Source of the DNA: a virus
Lineage: Duplodnaviria > Caudoviricetes
Strand: one strand, 5' to 3'
IMG/VR virus record: IMGVR_UViG_3300018018_000014
Coordinates: 1-43,143 of that record
DNA: 43,143 nt
The translations under genes were made by a program, and so were the position numbers. Positions 28,359 through 37,622 of this stretch are shown here, in pieces (the first letter of the stretch is position 1; each line of letters starts with the position of its first letter). The notes under the pieces were generated by a model. It ran no database searches. It saw only the letters and a program-made list of their open reading frames with translations, and had not been told where the DNA came from.

Positions 28359-28805
28359 CTATGCTTTTATGGCCGTCTTTTTATTTCTACGAGAAACAGG
28401 AACAAGATATTCAATTACATGTTCGTCCCCTTCTTCTTCGTCTCTCACAATTTCTAAATTTTGATAATTGGCAAGTGCCCTAGCCCTCATTTTTGACACT
28501 TCCAAAATTAGAGCCCCATTAATATCTTGCATATCAAGAGGCAACATATCATAAGAAACGGACCAAGTGCCATCCTTTTCTTTTTTGAATCCTACATCTG
28601 CTCCTCTAATATTTAAATGGTCATTCATTCTTATGGCTATATTGTAACCATTTTTAGGGCCTTGAGAACCGCTATTTAGAGTAAGAACGCCATCCTTAGA
28701 AACTTCCAAATGTTTTTCCCATCTAGGCATAATACCTATAAGGGCTCTTTGAAGAATACCAAGACTGCATTTGAGAGATATCTTGCCTTTTTGCCAATGA
28801 CTCAT
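28359..28805 (-). CDS. DUF1257 (Ycf35-like) protein
   Basis: MSHW start, L..AL helix, ADVGFKK..DGTW...D motif. Confidence 0.7.
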   Translation of the reverse strand: MSHWQKGKISLKCSLGILQRALIGIMPRWEKHLEVSKDGVLTLNSGSQGPKNGYNIAIRMNDHLNIRGADVGFKKEKDGTWSVSYDMLPLDMQDINGALILEVSKMRARALANYQNLEIVRDEEEGDEHVIEYLVPVSRRNKKTAIKA

Positions 28806-28834
28806 TGTTTTTCTCCTTTAGTTTATTCGTTGAA

Positions 28835-29902
28835 TTATTTACTAAAATTTTTAATATTGGTTCTACAGAATTCTTTTATATAAGAAGCTGGCAAAGCAGC
28901 GTTTAATCCATAATTTCCACCGCCTGCCGAAATTATCAATGTCACCATTCCCGCAATCTTACCAGTATCTGCTTTTAGAACGGGTCCACCAGACGATCCC
29001 GGAAAAACAGACAAATCAATAAACATATATTCTGGCGCACCCTTATAAAAATATACTTTTCTTCCTACAGAACCCAATGTTCCAGTAGAGACATTGTTTT
29101 CATAACCATGTGGGCTTCCTATTGCAACTATTTCTTCTCCGACCATAATCTCTGTTTCCATTTCTAATGGTTCAACGTCTATATTACATTTTAATAACGC
29201 AATATCTAATTTGGCATCAGCATTAATAAGTATGGCCCTTTGTTCTGTGCCACCCTGAACCAAACTAACTATAGCATCAGAAAAAACCTCAGGGTTTATT
29301 TCCTGATACTTATTATAGCTCTTTATGACGTGGGCGCAAGTAATAAAATACGTAGGAGCCACACAAAATGCAGATCCTGTTTCTATAGTTCCATTAACGG
29401 CATCGATTGATTTGACCAAAAATGTTTTATTAAGGGAATCAGCTATTATACCTGTTTTATTGGGTTGGGCTTGGGCAACACGAGAAATATAACTAAAGGG
29501 AAGATTGTTTTCTCTAACATAATCTCTGGCTAAATTAAATGATATAAATGTTTTAGAACCACCTCTTACTTTGACTTTCCATTGTTGGGGATCTGTCTTT
29601 CCCATGTCTAACATATTAGCAATAATCTGTTCGTCTTTTTCTCTTCTTTTATAGTCGTCTCCACTATCTTTATAAGATTTACTTACGTCTTCTCCGGGAC
29701 TCCAATCTCCACCAGCATGAGGATAGACATCTCTAATATTGACATTCCCATTCATAATATCACGAATTGTGGGAACATTATTAAAGGGCATTACTGATTT
29801 ATTTGTGGAAGGAGAAATAGATGGCTTATCATCCAATCTTCTCGTATCAAAGGGCAAACTAGTTCTCTGGGCTACTTTTTTTATATTCATATTTTCTCGC
29901 AT
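28835..29902 (-). CDS. Trypsin-like serine protease with N-terminal extension
   Basis: Catalytic triad ITCAHV / DIALLK / PGSSGGP; AIGSPHG. Start may be 29890. Confidence 0.9.
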   Translation of the reverse strand: MRENMNIKKVAQRTSLPFDTRRLDDKPSISPSTNKSVMPFNNVPTIRDIMNGNVNIRDVYPHAGGDWSPGEDVSKSYKDSGDDYKRREKDEQIIANMLDMGKTDPQQWKVKVRGGSKTFISFNLARDYVRENNLPFSYISRVAQAQPNKTGIIADSLNKTFLVKSIDAVNGTIETGSAFCVAPTYFITCAHVIKSYNKYQEINPEVFSDAIVSLVQGGTEQRAILINADAKLDIALLKCNIDVEPLEMETEIMVGEEIVAIGSPHGYENNVSTGTLGSVGRKVYFYKGAPEYMFIDLSVFPGSSGGPVLKADTGKIAGMVTLIISAGGGNYGLNAALPASYIKEFCRTNIKNFSK

Positions 29903-29919
29903 AATTAGATATAATATCT

Positions 29920-29943
29920 TTCGAAAGTTATGCGAGAAATCCT
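29920..29943 (-). promoter_or_regulatory. sigmaH-like promoter motif
   Basis: AGGA-N15-TCGAA. Confidence 0.6.
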
Positions 29944-29956
29944 CTATGAATAAACT

Positions 29957-30697
29957 CTAAAGTTGAAGAAAGTCGTCATCGGCGTCTTTATTCTCATTTT
30001 CTTCTGACTTATCGATAAAAGCAGCTTCGTCTTCAGCGGGTGCTTCTGATTCGTCAATAAAGGGATCTCCGTCTTTAATATCTTTAGAATGAGGAAGAAT
30101 ACTGTTTTTCATTTCTACGGATTCGGCCTGTCCCTGATTAGATATGGTTGCTTTCCTTCCCATTTGTTCGGATGCATCTAACTTACTTTCGTCGATAATT
30201 GTTTCTACTTTACTTCTTCCGGTTTTTTCTTCTTCCTCTAATTTTTCCATTGCATCTAATGAAGCTTTTGTTCTTTCGTTTTCTGGGATGTCGTCTATAG
30301 CAGAATATTTCATTCTTCCTTCTTTTGTACCAGAGCCAGTTCCGATGACCACTCTGTTACCCATTTGGTTTTCTATTGCTTCTTTAGATTCTTCTTTGGT
30401 CGAAGCTTTTTGAATTTTGCCCTTAGAACCCTTGGGACGACCAACTTTTTTGGGTGTTTCTTGCAGAGTTTTCTTATTAGAATTTTCTGGTGGTTTTAAT
30501 GGTTCGGGTGGTTTAGGTGGTTCTGACTCTTTATTACTTATCTCTATAAGACCAGCGTTTACTAATTCATTTAATTCTGCTTCTTTCTCTGCGCTATCTA
30601 TTACTAAAATGGTTGGATCTTTTTCCCTGATATACCCGCCAATTTTATTAAGTGAAATAACGCTCATGGTCTTTCCAACGGCAATAACTGTTTTCAT
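29957..30697 (-). CDS. Hypothetical protein with AT-hook-like KVGRPKGSK and acidic tail
   Basis: AGGAG RBS; 246 aa. Confidence 0.75.
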   Translation of the reverse strand: MKTVIAVGKTMSVISLNKIGGYIREKDPTILVIDSAEKEAELNELVNAGLIEISNKESEPPKPPEPLKPPENSNKKTLQETPKKVGRPKGSKGKIQKASTKEESKEAIENQMGNRVVIGTGSGTKEGRMKYSAIDDIPENERTKASLDAMEKLEEEEKTGRSKVETIIDESKLDASEQMGRKATISNQGQAESVEMKNSILPHSKDIKDGDPFIDESEAPAEDEAAFIDKSEENENKDADDDFLQL

Positions 30698-30781
30698 AAA
30701 TATTTCTCCTATTTAAATACAATAAGCTATAAATATATTATACAGGATTATTGAATAAATACATACTAAAAAATAATTATT

Positions 30782-30979
30782 TTATCTTAGACAATCTAAC
30801 GATATTTTCCTTTTCATCAGTTCTTTCTTTATTTTATCGGTAAAAAGATTGCTTTCTGCAGGAGTAAAATAAGCTATTTTTAGTATGTCTTGTAATTCTT
30901 GATTAGCACCAGCAATGTTTCTTTCATCGAAATTTTTAAAAAATGATCCGTAGGCCTTCTCTATTTTTTCTTTATCTAC
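30782..30979 (-). other. Start-less 65-codon -1 frame extension of the 511-aa gene (putative programmed frameshift product)
   Basis: GTA AAA AAA AAG TAG slippery site; -1 frame reads VDKEKIEKAYGSFF...ISLDCLR* and fills the intergenic gap. Confidence 0.6.
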
Positions 30980-32511
30980 TTTTTTTTTACGGCAGATGTT
31001 ATGGGGGAATTCTTAGACTTTTTAGCTAGTTCCATTTGTCTGAGACGTTCTTTCCATTCCTCTTCTGTTTCCAACCACTCATCTTTACCCTCTTCTCCCA
31101 AATCAACAATTGGCACATCTTCTTCTGGTGGTAATTCTTGCATTTCTTTTTCTGCTTCGGCCCATTCTTCTTCTGAATCATAACCCATTTGTTGCCACTC
31201 TGGTTGTTTTTCGAGTTCATCCAGTTGCGATTCTGTAGCGGAGAATTCTTCTTCTGCAGACATTCTATTTTTCATTGCTTCTGGAGAAACAGAACCCATA
31301 TACACAATTTCGCCAGTATCAAGTTTAGAAAGGTCCAATGATTCAGCACTAATGTCCAAAGAAGGATGGGCCTTTCTAATAAATTCAACCGCCATATTTG
31401 CAAGGGCTTCGGGACTTTTGTCAGCAATGTTTTCTTCTAATAATTGAAGTTTTCCGATTCCCATTGAGGTTCCGTCTATATTCTTCTCTTCATAACTTAA
31501 TTCTGCAATATCTTCGCTTGTTATTTTACCTCTTTGAGCAGCCACTTGAGCAGGAGTAGACGTAAAATCTTTCATAAGAGGGACCCAATCTTCTCCAACT
31601 AATGCCGCCTTAATAATTCCGTGTTGTTCATCTATTCTGAAAAAATCAAACGCTCTAGGATCTGATTTAACTTCTGATAATTTTTGAGCTAATTCCGGTC
31701 TTTTTTCAATAATTTTATCTATGGCTTCATTTATAATATCTTGTTTTCTTTCTATGTCTACGGTTTCGGGAGTACTTTTTTCATCATTATATAAATATCT
31801 AGGAAATTCTCTAGGATCAAAATTAAACAAGAAGAAAATTCCACTAAGGTCTGGACGATCAGGTTGATATATATCTTTATCGGCTTTTATCTGTACTGTG
31901 TTGGTAACTACTTCTTGGGGCTCTTCTTTTTCTTCATCTATTTCATCTACTTCTGGTTTGTCTGTTGTATCGGTAACATTAAATTCATCAAAATCCTTTA
32001 GTCTCTCTTCGCTTTCTTCTCTGGGATCTGTCTCTGTTAGCGATTCATAGACATCCCCAAGGTCTCCGGGCTCATATTGGGCTATTTTTTTAGTTTTTTT
32101 TTGAGCCAGTTTTAAACCATCAGGACTCTTAACATCTTCCCACCATCTGAATTGAGAAGCTACTTCTGAAGCCGGGTTATATTTTTCTTTTTCTACTGGA
32201 TCATTTTCTAATCTTTTTTCTTCCAATTTATTCATATCGCCCGTAAAAGCTTCTGGATTACGATATTTATTGGCAAACTTAGGCTTATGAGTATCTAATC
32301 GCTTTTCGGTGATTTCAGTTTCTTCGCCAGTTCTTTTATCTTCAAGTAATTTTTCCGTGATAACATTTTTTTCCTGCACCCGACCCACATCCAATTGTTT
32401 CTCATTAATAACATTAGGAGCTTCTTCTCTTGACTGTTCTAGGCGCATGTCAATATGTTCATCGCCATTAATTTTCTGATAGGTTTTTAAATTAAACTTT
32501 TTATCGCTCAT
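30976..32511 (-). CDS. Acidic protein with FNLK leader and ITEKxL repeats (putative head/scaffold-associated)
   Basis: AGGAG RBS; repeats shared with the protease/scaffold. Confidence 0.8.
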   Translation of the reverse strand: MSDKKFNLKTYQKINGDEHIDMRLEQSREEAPNVINEKQLDVGRVQEKNVITEKLLEDKRTGEETEITEKRLDTHKPKFANKYRNPEAFTGDMNKLEEKRLENDPVEKEKYNPASEVASQFRWWEDVKSPDGLKLAQKKTKKIAQYEPGDLGDVYESLTETDPREESEERLKDFDEFNVTDTTDKPEVDEIDEEKEEPQEVVTNTVQIKADKDIYQPDRPDLSGIFFLFNFDPREFPRYLYNDEKSTPETVDIERKQDIINEAIDKIIEKRPELAQKLSEVKSDPRAFDFFRIDEQHGIIKAALVGEDWVPLMKDFTSTPAQVAAQRGKITSEDIAELSYEEKNIDGTSMGIGKLQLLEENIADKSPEALANMAVEFIRKAHPSLDISAESLDLSKLDTGEIVYMGSVSPEAMKNRMSAEEEFSATESQLDELEKQPEWQQMGYDSEEEWAEAEKEMQELPPEEDVPIVDLGEEGKDEWLETEEEWKERLRQMELAKKSKNSPITSAVKKK

Positions 32512-32552
32512 AATTAGTCTCCTAGGATTCTAAATTATACTCTTTATATATT

Positions 32553-32577
32553 TTCAACATTTACTTCTTACTTTCCT
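32553..32577 (-). promoter_or_regulatory. sigmaH-like promoter motif
   Basis: AGGA-N16-TTGAA. Confidence 0.65.
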
Positions 32578-32594
32578 TTATTATTCTACAAATA

Positions 32595-35453
32595 TTATCG
32601 CATTCCTGTATACACCGATACTGTCAATGGTAAAGCTGCGAATACGCTTTCTGAGGCCATAGCTGCCGCACCTGCCAAACAGTCTACAACGTCATCGGTC
32701 TTAATTTCCCCATGTTTGTCTGTAACCAAGCTTATTCCCCTCATTGTAGGCCTAAATTTTAAAGCCTTCATTTCCAATGTAAGCCTATGATCGTCATATA
32801 GCCATAATTCTGGATGAGGTTGATAAGACATCATGTCTTTAAGATTCTGATAAATCTTATTTTTAAACGTTCTATTAAACGACGTTTGAATAGCATTTAT
32901 TCCGTGACTTCTAAGTAATTGTAAACTTTGAACGGAATTATGAGATATTATGCCATTAGAAATATATGTATGGTCTCCATCAACTTCGATATTTACTATA
33001 TCAATCATCTTAGGTTCAATAGAAACTATCTTATCCCACATATACCTGCCCCTATTTGTCTGTTTATTTTTCTCTTTTCTTAACCCTCTGCTCTTCCTAG
33101 CATACATAGATCTCTTGTCTGATTTTTGAAGTATGACCGCTTTTTTTATTTTAGATTTTTTATCCCTTGATCTAAATCCTATTTCCTTATTAAAAATTAA
33201 TATGTTGTCTCCATATAAGGATACTCTATAAAACGGAAACCTTCTTCCTTTAAAGAATTTATTAGTGTAATATTTTAAAGATGATTTTATCCCGAAACCC
33301 AATAAAAGCAATTGTATTTCTTTTGCTAAAATTTCACTTGTTGTATCATATTCTATATTAAGTACGTTGGGATTTAAACTAATATGTCCATCTCCCTCAT
33401 ATAAAGAAGATAAAAATGATGAAACCGTTTTTTTATTGCCCCTCATAACAAAAGACGGTACGGTTTTATATTCTGATCCATATTGTTTTAACTCTCCAAT
33501 AAAACCCATAATAATTGAAATAGACTTTTTATCTCCATAATTATATGTAGTAGCAGACTTCCAGACCTTGTGATTTTTATACCTATCTTGTGCTTTCGGA
33601 TTTTTACCCGTTATCTTTGTAGCTATATTTTTATAATCCATTAACACATCTTTATTTGTATTTGTAAATCCCACCCTGAAAACATCATTATTCTTACTTC
33701 CTATATATCCTTCAGAAATTATATAGCCAGCCATCAGTGCCTCATCGGGAGAGTTAACTAATCCAAAATCATATCTATTTTCACTTAAACATACGCTATC
33801 TCCCGTCTTTAGATCTTTCATTTTCTTAAATCCGACATTTTTAACGTAAACAGGATGTATGTCATTTGCCTCAAGAGAGTATCCAAATTTTGTTTTTATT
33901 TTATAGCCAGCAACATCTTTTTTAAATCTTAAATTCTTGACGCCGTTATACGCTCCATTTTGGGATAATATAACATCGCCAAGCACAATATCTCTTGCTT
34001 TTATTATTCCTCTTTTAGTATATAAATATTCATCAGCCATCGGACAATTCCACTGGTCATATGAAACCGCCAATGGGCGATATTTTCCACAAATTTCAAT
34101 TACCTCTTTATCTATATCATTAAACAACAATCCTACTCCGGGTTCTGGTAGCCACATCCATACATTTGCCAGCCTTACCCTAATTCTCCTTTTCCCCAAA
34201 TGATTATGATAATACTCTTTTGCAACCAAAACGGCGACATACCTATCTCCATTTAAAGCTGGATCGACATGCAAATAGTAATTAAAATTAGGATATATTC
34301 TGACATGGGGGCCAATATCTGTTCTAATACACCTCTCGACCAATCCATCTGGGAAATAGTTTCCATATATGCCCGACTTAGCCCACTGCGATCCATATTC
34401 TATAATAAAGTTATCTATATTTCTTTTTCTTTCATCTGCCAAAGACTCATAAGGTATGTCCATATTAACGCACCATGTAGGCAATTGAAACGACAATACG
34501 TGATTTGCAGTTTTTGCGCTTTGATGGATGTCATAAAAAATACCTGATGCCGTATTAGGAGAAGACAATTCCACCAAACGGGCATCGCCAAACTTCTTGA
34601 ATTTTTTTGTCGAAGGTTCTAGGGCATTATAGAAAGTAGAACCCGGTGTTTTACCAGTTTCGTCATAAAAGGCTAACTCATCAAATAATATTAATACTGC
34701 GCTTTTCCCACGAAGAGTATCAGGATTACTATGGCCACACAGAATTTTAATTGACCCCATTGGTTTTTCGCCATTTTTTAAAGCCCTTAATTCTTTATTT
34801 GTATATATTCTTATTTCCGTAGTGGTTTCGTTTGCCTTTCGTCCCTTGAAAAAAGGAGCATCTATTATACGTTGTCTAATCATGCCAAATAACGTTCCAG
34901 CTTGATCTTGCGAAAGAGCAACGTTAATTATAAGTATTTCTTCTCCGTTAGGAATGCCATAAAATTTATGAGGATCACCTTTACCAATAACCGCAAGTTT
35001 ATATGCTTCATACGCAGAAATAATGGAAGAAATTATAGTTTTTGTTCCCCTTCTTCCAACGCATAGACTTAATTCAGTAAAATTGAAACCTTCCTTTTCC
35101 TTTTTTAAAAGTTTCTCAATTACTTCTTTCGTATTTTTGTGATAGACTATACCATCTCGTTCCTCATCCTTATCATTGGCATACAACCATTCCCATTCTT
35201 CCTTATTTAATTTAAGATTTTCATTCCCTCTCGTACCCATATAAAATGACTTTAATATAATTCTTTGAGGCACCCATAAATTAAAATTACTATTAGAAAG
35301 ATAAAGATATTTTGGATCATCGCAAAAAGTCATAATGTCTACTATGTCTCCAGAATTATCTTCAGATTTTTTTTCTTCTCCGGGGTTAGAAGAATTTATC
35401 AAGGTTATTGCTTCTGATAATGGATCTCTCGCAAGCATTTCTTTCTTTTTCAT
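32595..35453 (-). CDS. terL: Terminase large subunit (intein-containing)
   Basis: Walker A VGRRGTKT, Walker B LILFDE, coupling motif LSSP, nuclease HVDPA / YDQWN / TDDVVDC. Confidence 0.9.
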   Translation of the reverse strand: MKKKEMLARDPLSEAITLINSSNPGEEKKSEDNSGDIVDIMTFCDDPKYLYLSNSNFNLWVPQRIILKSFYMGTRGNENLKLNKEEWEWLYANDKDEERDGIVYHKNTKEVIEKLLKKEKEGFNFTELSLCVGRRGTKTIISSIISAYEAYKLAVIGKGDPHKFYGIPNGEEILIINVALSQDQAGTLFGMIRQRIIDAPFFKGRKANETTTEIRIYTNKELRALKNGEKPMGSIKILCGHSNPDTLRGKSAVLILFDELAFYDETGKTPGSTFYNALEPSTKKFKKFGDARLVELSSPNTASGIFYDIHQSAKTANHVLSFQLPTWCVNMDIPYESLADERKRNIDNFIIEYGSQWAKSGIYGNYFPDGLVERCIRTDIGPHVRIYPNFNYYLHVDPALNGDRYVAVLVAKEYYHNHLGKRRIRVRLANVWMWLPEPGVGLLFNDIDKEVIEICGKYRPLAVSYDQWNCPMADEYLYTKRGIIKARDIVLGDVILSQNGAYNGVKNLRFKKDVAGYKIKTKFGYSLEANDIHPVYVKNVGFKKMKDLKTGDSVCLSENRYDFGLVNSPDEALMAGYIISEGYIGSKNNDVFRVGFTNTNKDVLMDYKNIATKITGKNPKAQDRYKNHKVWKSATTYNYGDKKSISIIMGFIGELKQYGSEYKTVPSFVMRGNKKTVSSFLSSLYEGDGHISLNPNVLNIEYDTTSEILAKEIQLLLLGFGIKSSLKYYTNKFFKGRRFPFYRVSLYGDNILIFNKEIGFRSRDKKSKIKKAVILQKSDKRSMYARKSRGLRKEKNKQTNRGRYMWDKIVSIEPKMIDIVNIEVDGDHTYISNGIISHNSVQSLQLLRSHGINAIQTSFNRTFKNKIYQNLKDMMSYQPHPELWLYDDHRLTLEMKALKFRPTMRGISLVTDKHGEIKTDDVVDCLAGAAAMASESVFAALPLTVSVYTGMR
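32937..34046 (-). mobile_element. Intein with LAGLIDADG endonuclease (370 aa)
   Basis: Starts CPMADEY after DQWN, ends ISHN followed by S; motifs AGYIISEG and FLSSLYEGDGHI. Confidence 0.9.
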
Positions 35454-36346
35454 AACGACCTCTCCAGTATAAACAGATCTTTCTTGTCTGTTTCTATTAA
35501 AACTTTGTTATTAAACGATCTAATAGTTTTAACTTCTTTATCCGTAGGAGACAATTGTTTAATTTTTTGATTATCTAAAAAACACAATGTATTATTTACG
35601 TATTTTAAACCATAAGGATAATTCAATAAACAATCATTTTTTGTTCCATCGCTATCTCCTGAAACAGCTGGATTTCCAATAAAAATATTGACGATATTAT
35701 TACCAATGCTTCTTATACAATGATTCCCGCTATCACATAATAGCACAAAATTATTCACATATTTTACTCCTGTTGGCAATTTAATCGAGCACTCGTTGGG
35801 TTTGTTTGCAACAGAAAAGCCGCTTCTCCCATCGCCTATAAAAGTTTCTACCTCATGAGTGTCTCCACGAAACTTCAAAACTCTATTAAGATCCTTTACG
35901 GCCCAGATAATATCTCCAAAATTATTAATGTCACAACTAGTGACTGTATTATTAGAAAGTTTTTTAAAAAGATTATTTAATTTCTTTGTCTCTTTTTCAT
36001 ATATCATTGAAGAAACATATTTTGCCGATAGACTAATTTTCCTAATTTGTCTTCCGTTATCATCTATTAAAAAAAGAGCGTTATCAAAATAACATAACGA
36101 AGAAGGATTAATAAAAATGGCGTGATCCCCATCCAAGTTTCCGTTCTTATCAGCTTCTCCAATCCAAGGAAAAATTACTTTCCCCGAAGGCGTAATAAGA
36201 CCGATACAATATTTTCCTCTGGTTAAAAAGAAAAAACCAAAATTATTAACATAGCAAAGGTCAATAATGTCATAATTAAATTCAAAACTAAAAATAGAAT
36301 TTATATTAGAAATACCAAAAGATTTTTTAAGCATTGTATAAATCAT
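35450..36346 (-). CDS. NHL-repeat beta-propeller protein
   Basis: Repeats F.NPSSL, LPTGV..LCDSGNHCIR, LNYPYGL, GDG.SG. Confidence 0.75.
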   Translation of the reverse strand: MIYTMLKKSFGISNINSIFSFEFNYDIIDLCYVNNFGFFFLTRGKYCIGLITPSGKVIFPWIGEADKNGNLDGDHAIFINPSSLCYFDNALFLIDDNGRQIRKISLSAKYVSSMIYEKETKKLNNLFKKLSNNTVTSCDINNFGDIIWAVKDLNRVLKFRGDTHEVETFIGDGRSGFSVANKPNECSIKLPTGVKYVNNFVLLCDSGNHCIRSIGNNIVNIFIGNPAVSGDSDGTKNDCLLNYPYGLKYVNNTLCFLDNQKIKQLSPTDKEVKTIRSFNNKVLIETDKKDLFILERSL

Positions 36347-36351
36347 TACAA

Positions 36352-37548
36352 TTATCCCAATGGAACTATTTCAATCTGTTTTTCTGTTAGTCTTACTATT
36401 CCCAATCCTCTTCCAAAATCAACATCTATTTCTATAATGTCCGTTGAAGGAATTACTTGTATCGCCGCCCCCGTTCTATTCAAAAGCGATTTTAGGCTTG
36501 GATCAATACATTTAACTATTGCGTTTAAATAATCGGTTTCAACGTATTTAGATGTACTTTGTTGTGCTAACTTTATTGTGTCTTCGGATTCAGGGGCCTT
36601 TTCAAATATCCAAATAGGGCGTTCCCCTTTAAAAGAAAGAGCTATTTTTTCTTTTTCTCTTTTTGCAGTATTCCAACTATTTAAAACATAGGATGCATTA
36701 CAATTTTTAGGAACGTCTGGCAGGGTTGTTTTATTTACCGCCAATAAAATAGGTGGATTTCCAATACAGAAATGCCCTATACTTTCTACAATGGGTTTCC
36801 AATATTTCTGATAAAATTCAACCGAATGATAGGGATATATTCGACAAAGCATCCCTACCGGAATAACGTTTGTTACATTTAAATGTTCATTTGTTTTTAT
36901 TTTAATTATAACCATGTCAGAATCTGTAATTTTTATTTCGCTATTCGGTATATCCAAAATATATTTAAGACTTTTGTGTTTATGATTAACGGCCCCTACT
37001 GCATTTTGAGCATAATTCTCTAGTATCTCTTTTTTAGTATCTTCATCTAGAATTTGTTCTGGAGTATATAATTGAGGATTAGTAAAAGACATGATTTTTT
37101 TAAAATATACTTTATTTAAGGCGCTAGGAGAAATCGTCGAAGTAGAAGGTCCAGAACTCATGGAGGGAGGAGGTTGTGCCACTAATTGATTTTCTGATGT
37201 TTCATCTTGCCCTTCTTTATCTTTCCCCTCCTTTTCTCTTTCTTCAGCCTTCTCTTTAGCGTATTTCCTTCCAAAATATTTTTTTAATATTCCCTCAAAT
37301 TTCAAACGAAAATTATCTACTGCTTTCTTGTCTTTAAGCCCATCCCTCATCTTTTCTAATTCGCCAAGGACCATTTTAATTTCCCGATATACTTTTTCGG
37401 CTTCTTTAGGGTCGTCTACCGATCCTTTGGCTTTCAGTTCCAAATCCCTTAAATATTTAGCATAACGCTCTTCAAACATTTCCTCTGCCGAAACATCCAA
37501 AATAAGAGGCTTGGTTAAATCTTCTACCGCTATTTTATATGTATTCAT
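36352..37548 (-). CDS. Hypothetical protein with MNTYKIA leader and C-terminal SH3/KOW-like domain
   Basis: 398 aa; IKLAQ precedes VKCID....RTG...V....DVDFG..IVRL.E.QIE. Confidence 0.75.
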   Translation of the reverse strand: MNTYKIAVEDLTKPLILDVSAEEMFEERYAKYLRDLELKAKGSVDDPKEAEKVYREIKMVLGELEKMRDGLKDKKAVDNFRLKFEGILKKYFGRKYAKEKAEEREKEGKDKEGQDETSENQLVAQPPPSMSSGPSTSTISPSALNKVYFKKIMSFTNPQLYTPEQILDEDTKKEILENYAQNAVGAVNHKHKSLKYILDIPNSEIKITDSDMVIIKIKTNEHLNVTNVIPVGMLCRIYPYHSVEFYQKYWKPIVESIGHFCIGNPPILLAVNKTTLPDVPKNCNASYVLNSWNTAKREKEKIALSFKGERPIWIFEKAPESEDTIKLAQQSTSKYVETDYLNAIVKCIDPSLKSLLNRTGAAIQVIPSTDIIEIDVDFGRGLGIVRLTEKQIEIVPLG

Positions 37549-37557
37549 AATAAAAAC

Positions 37558-37597
37558 AAAAAACCCGCTTTTATTAATTATTTCATTAAAAGCGGGT
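37558..37597 (-). terminator. Intrinsic terminator after nrdJ
   Basis: ACCCGCTTTTA/TAAAAGCGGGT stem with minus-strand U tract. Confidence 0.7.
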
Positions 37598-37606
37598 CTA
37601 AAACCT
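37582..37606 (-). promoter_or_regulatory. sigmaH-like promoter motif overlapping the terminator
   Basis: AGGT-N16-ATGAA. Confidence 0.55.
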
Positions 37607-37622
37607 CTAGTTTTTATAAAAA

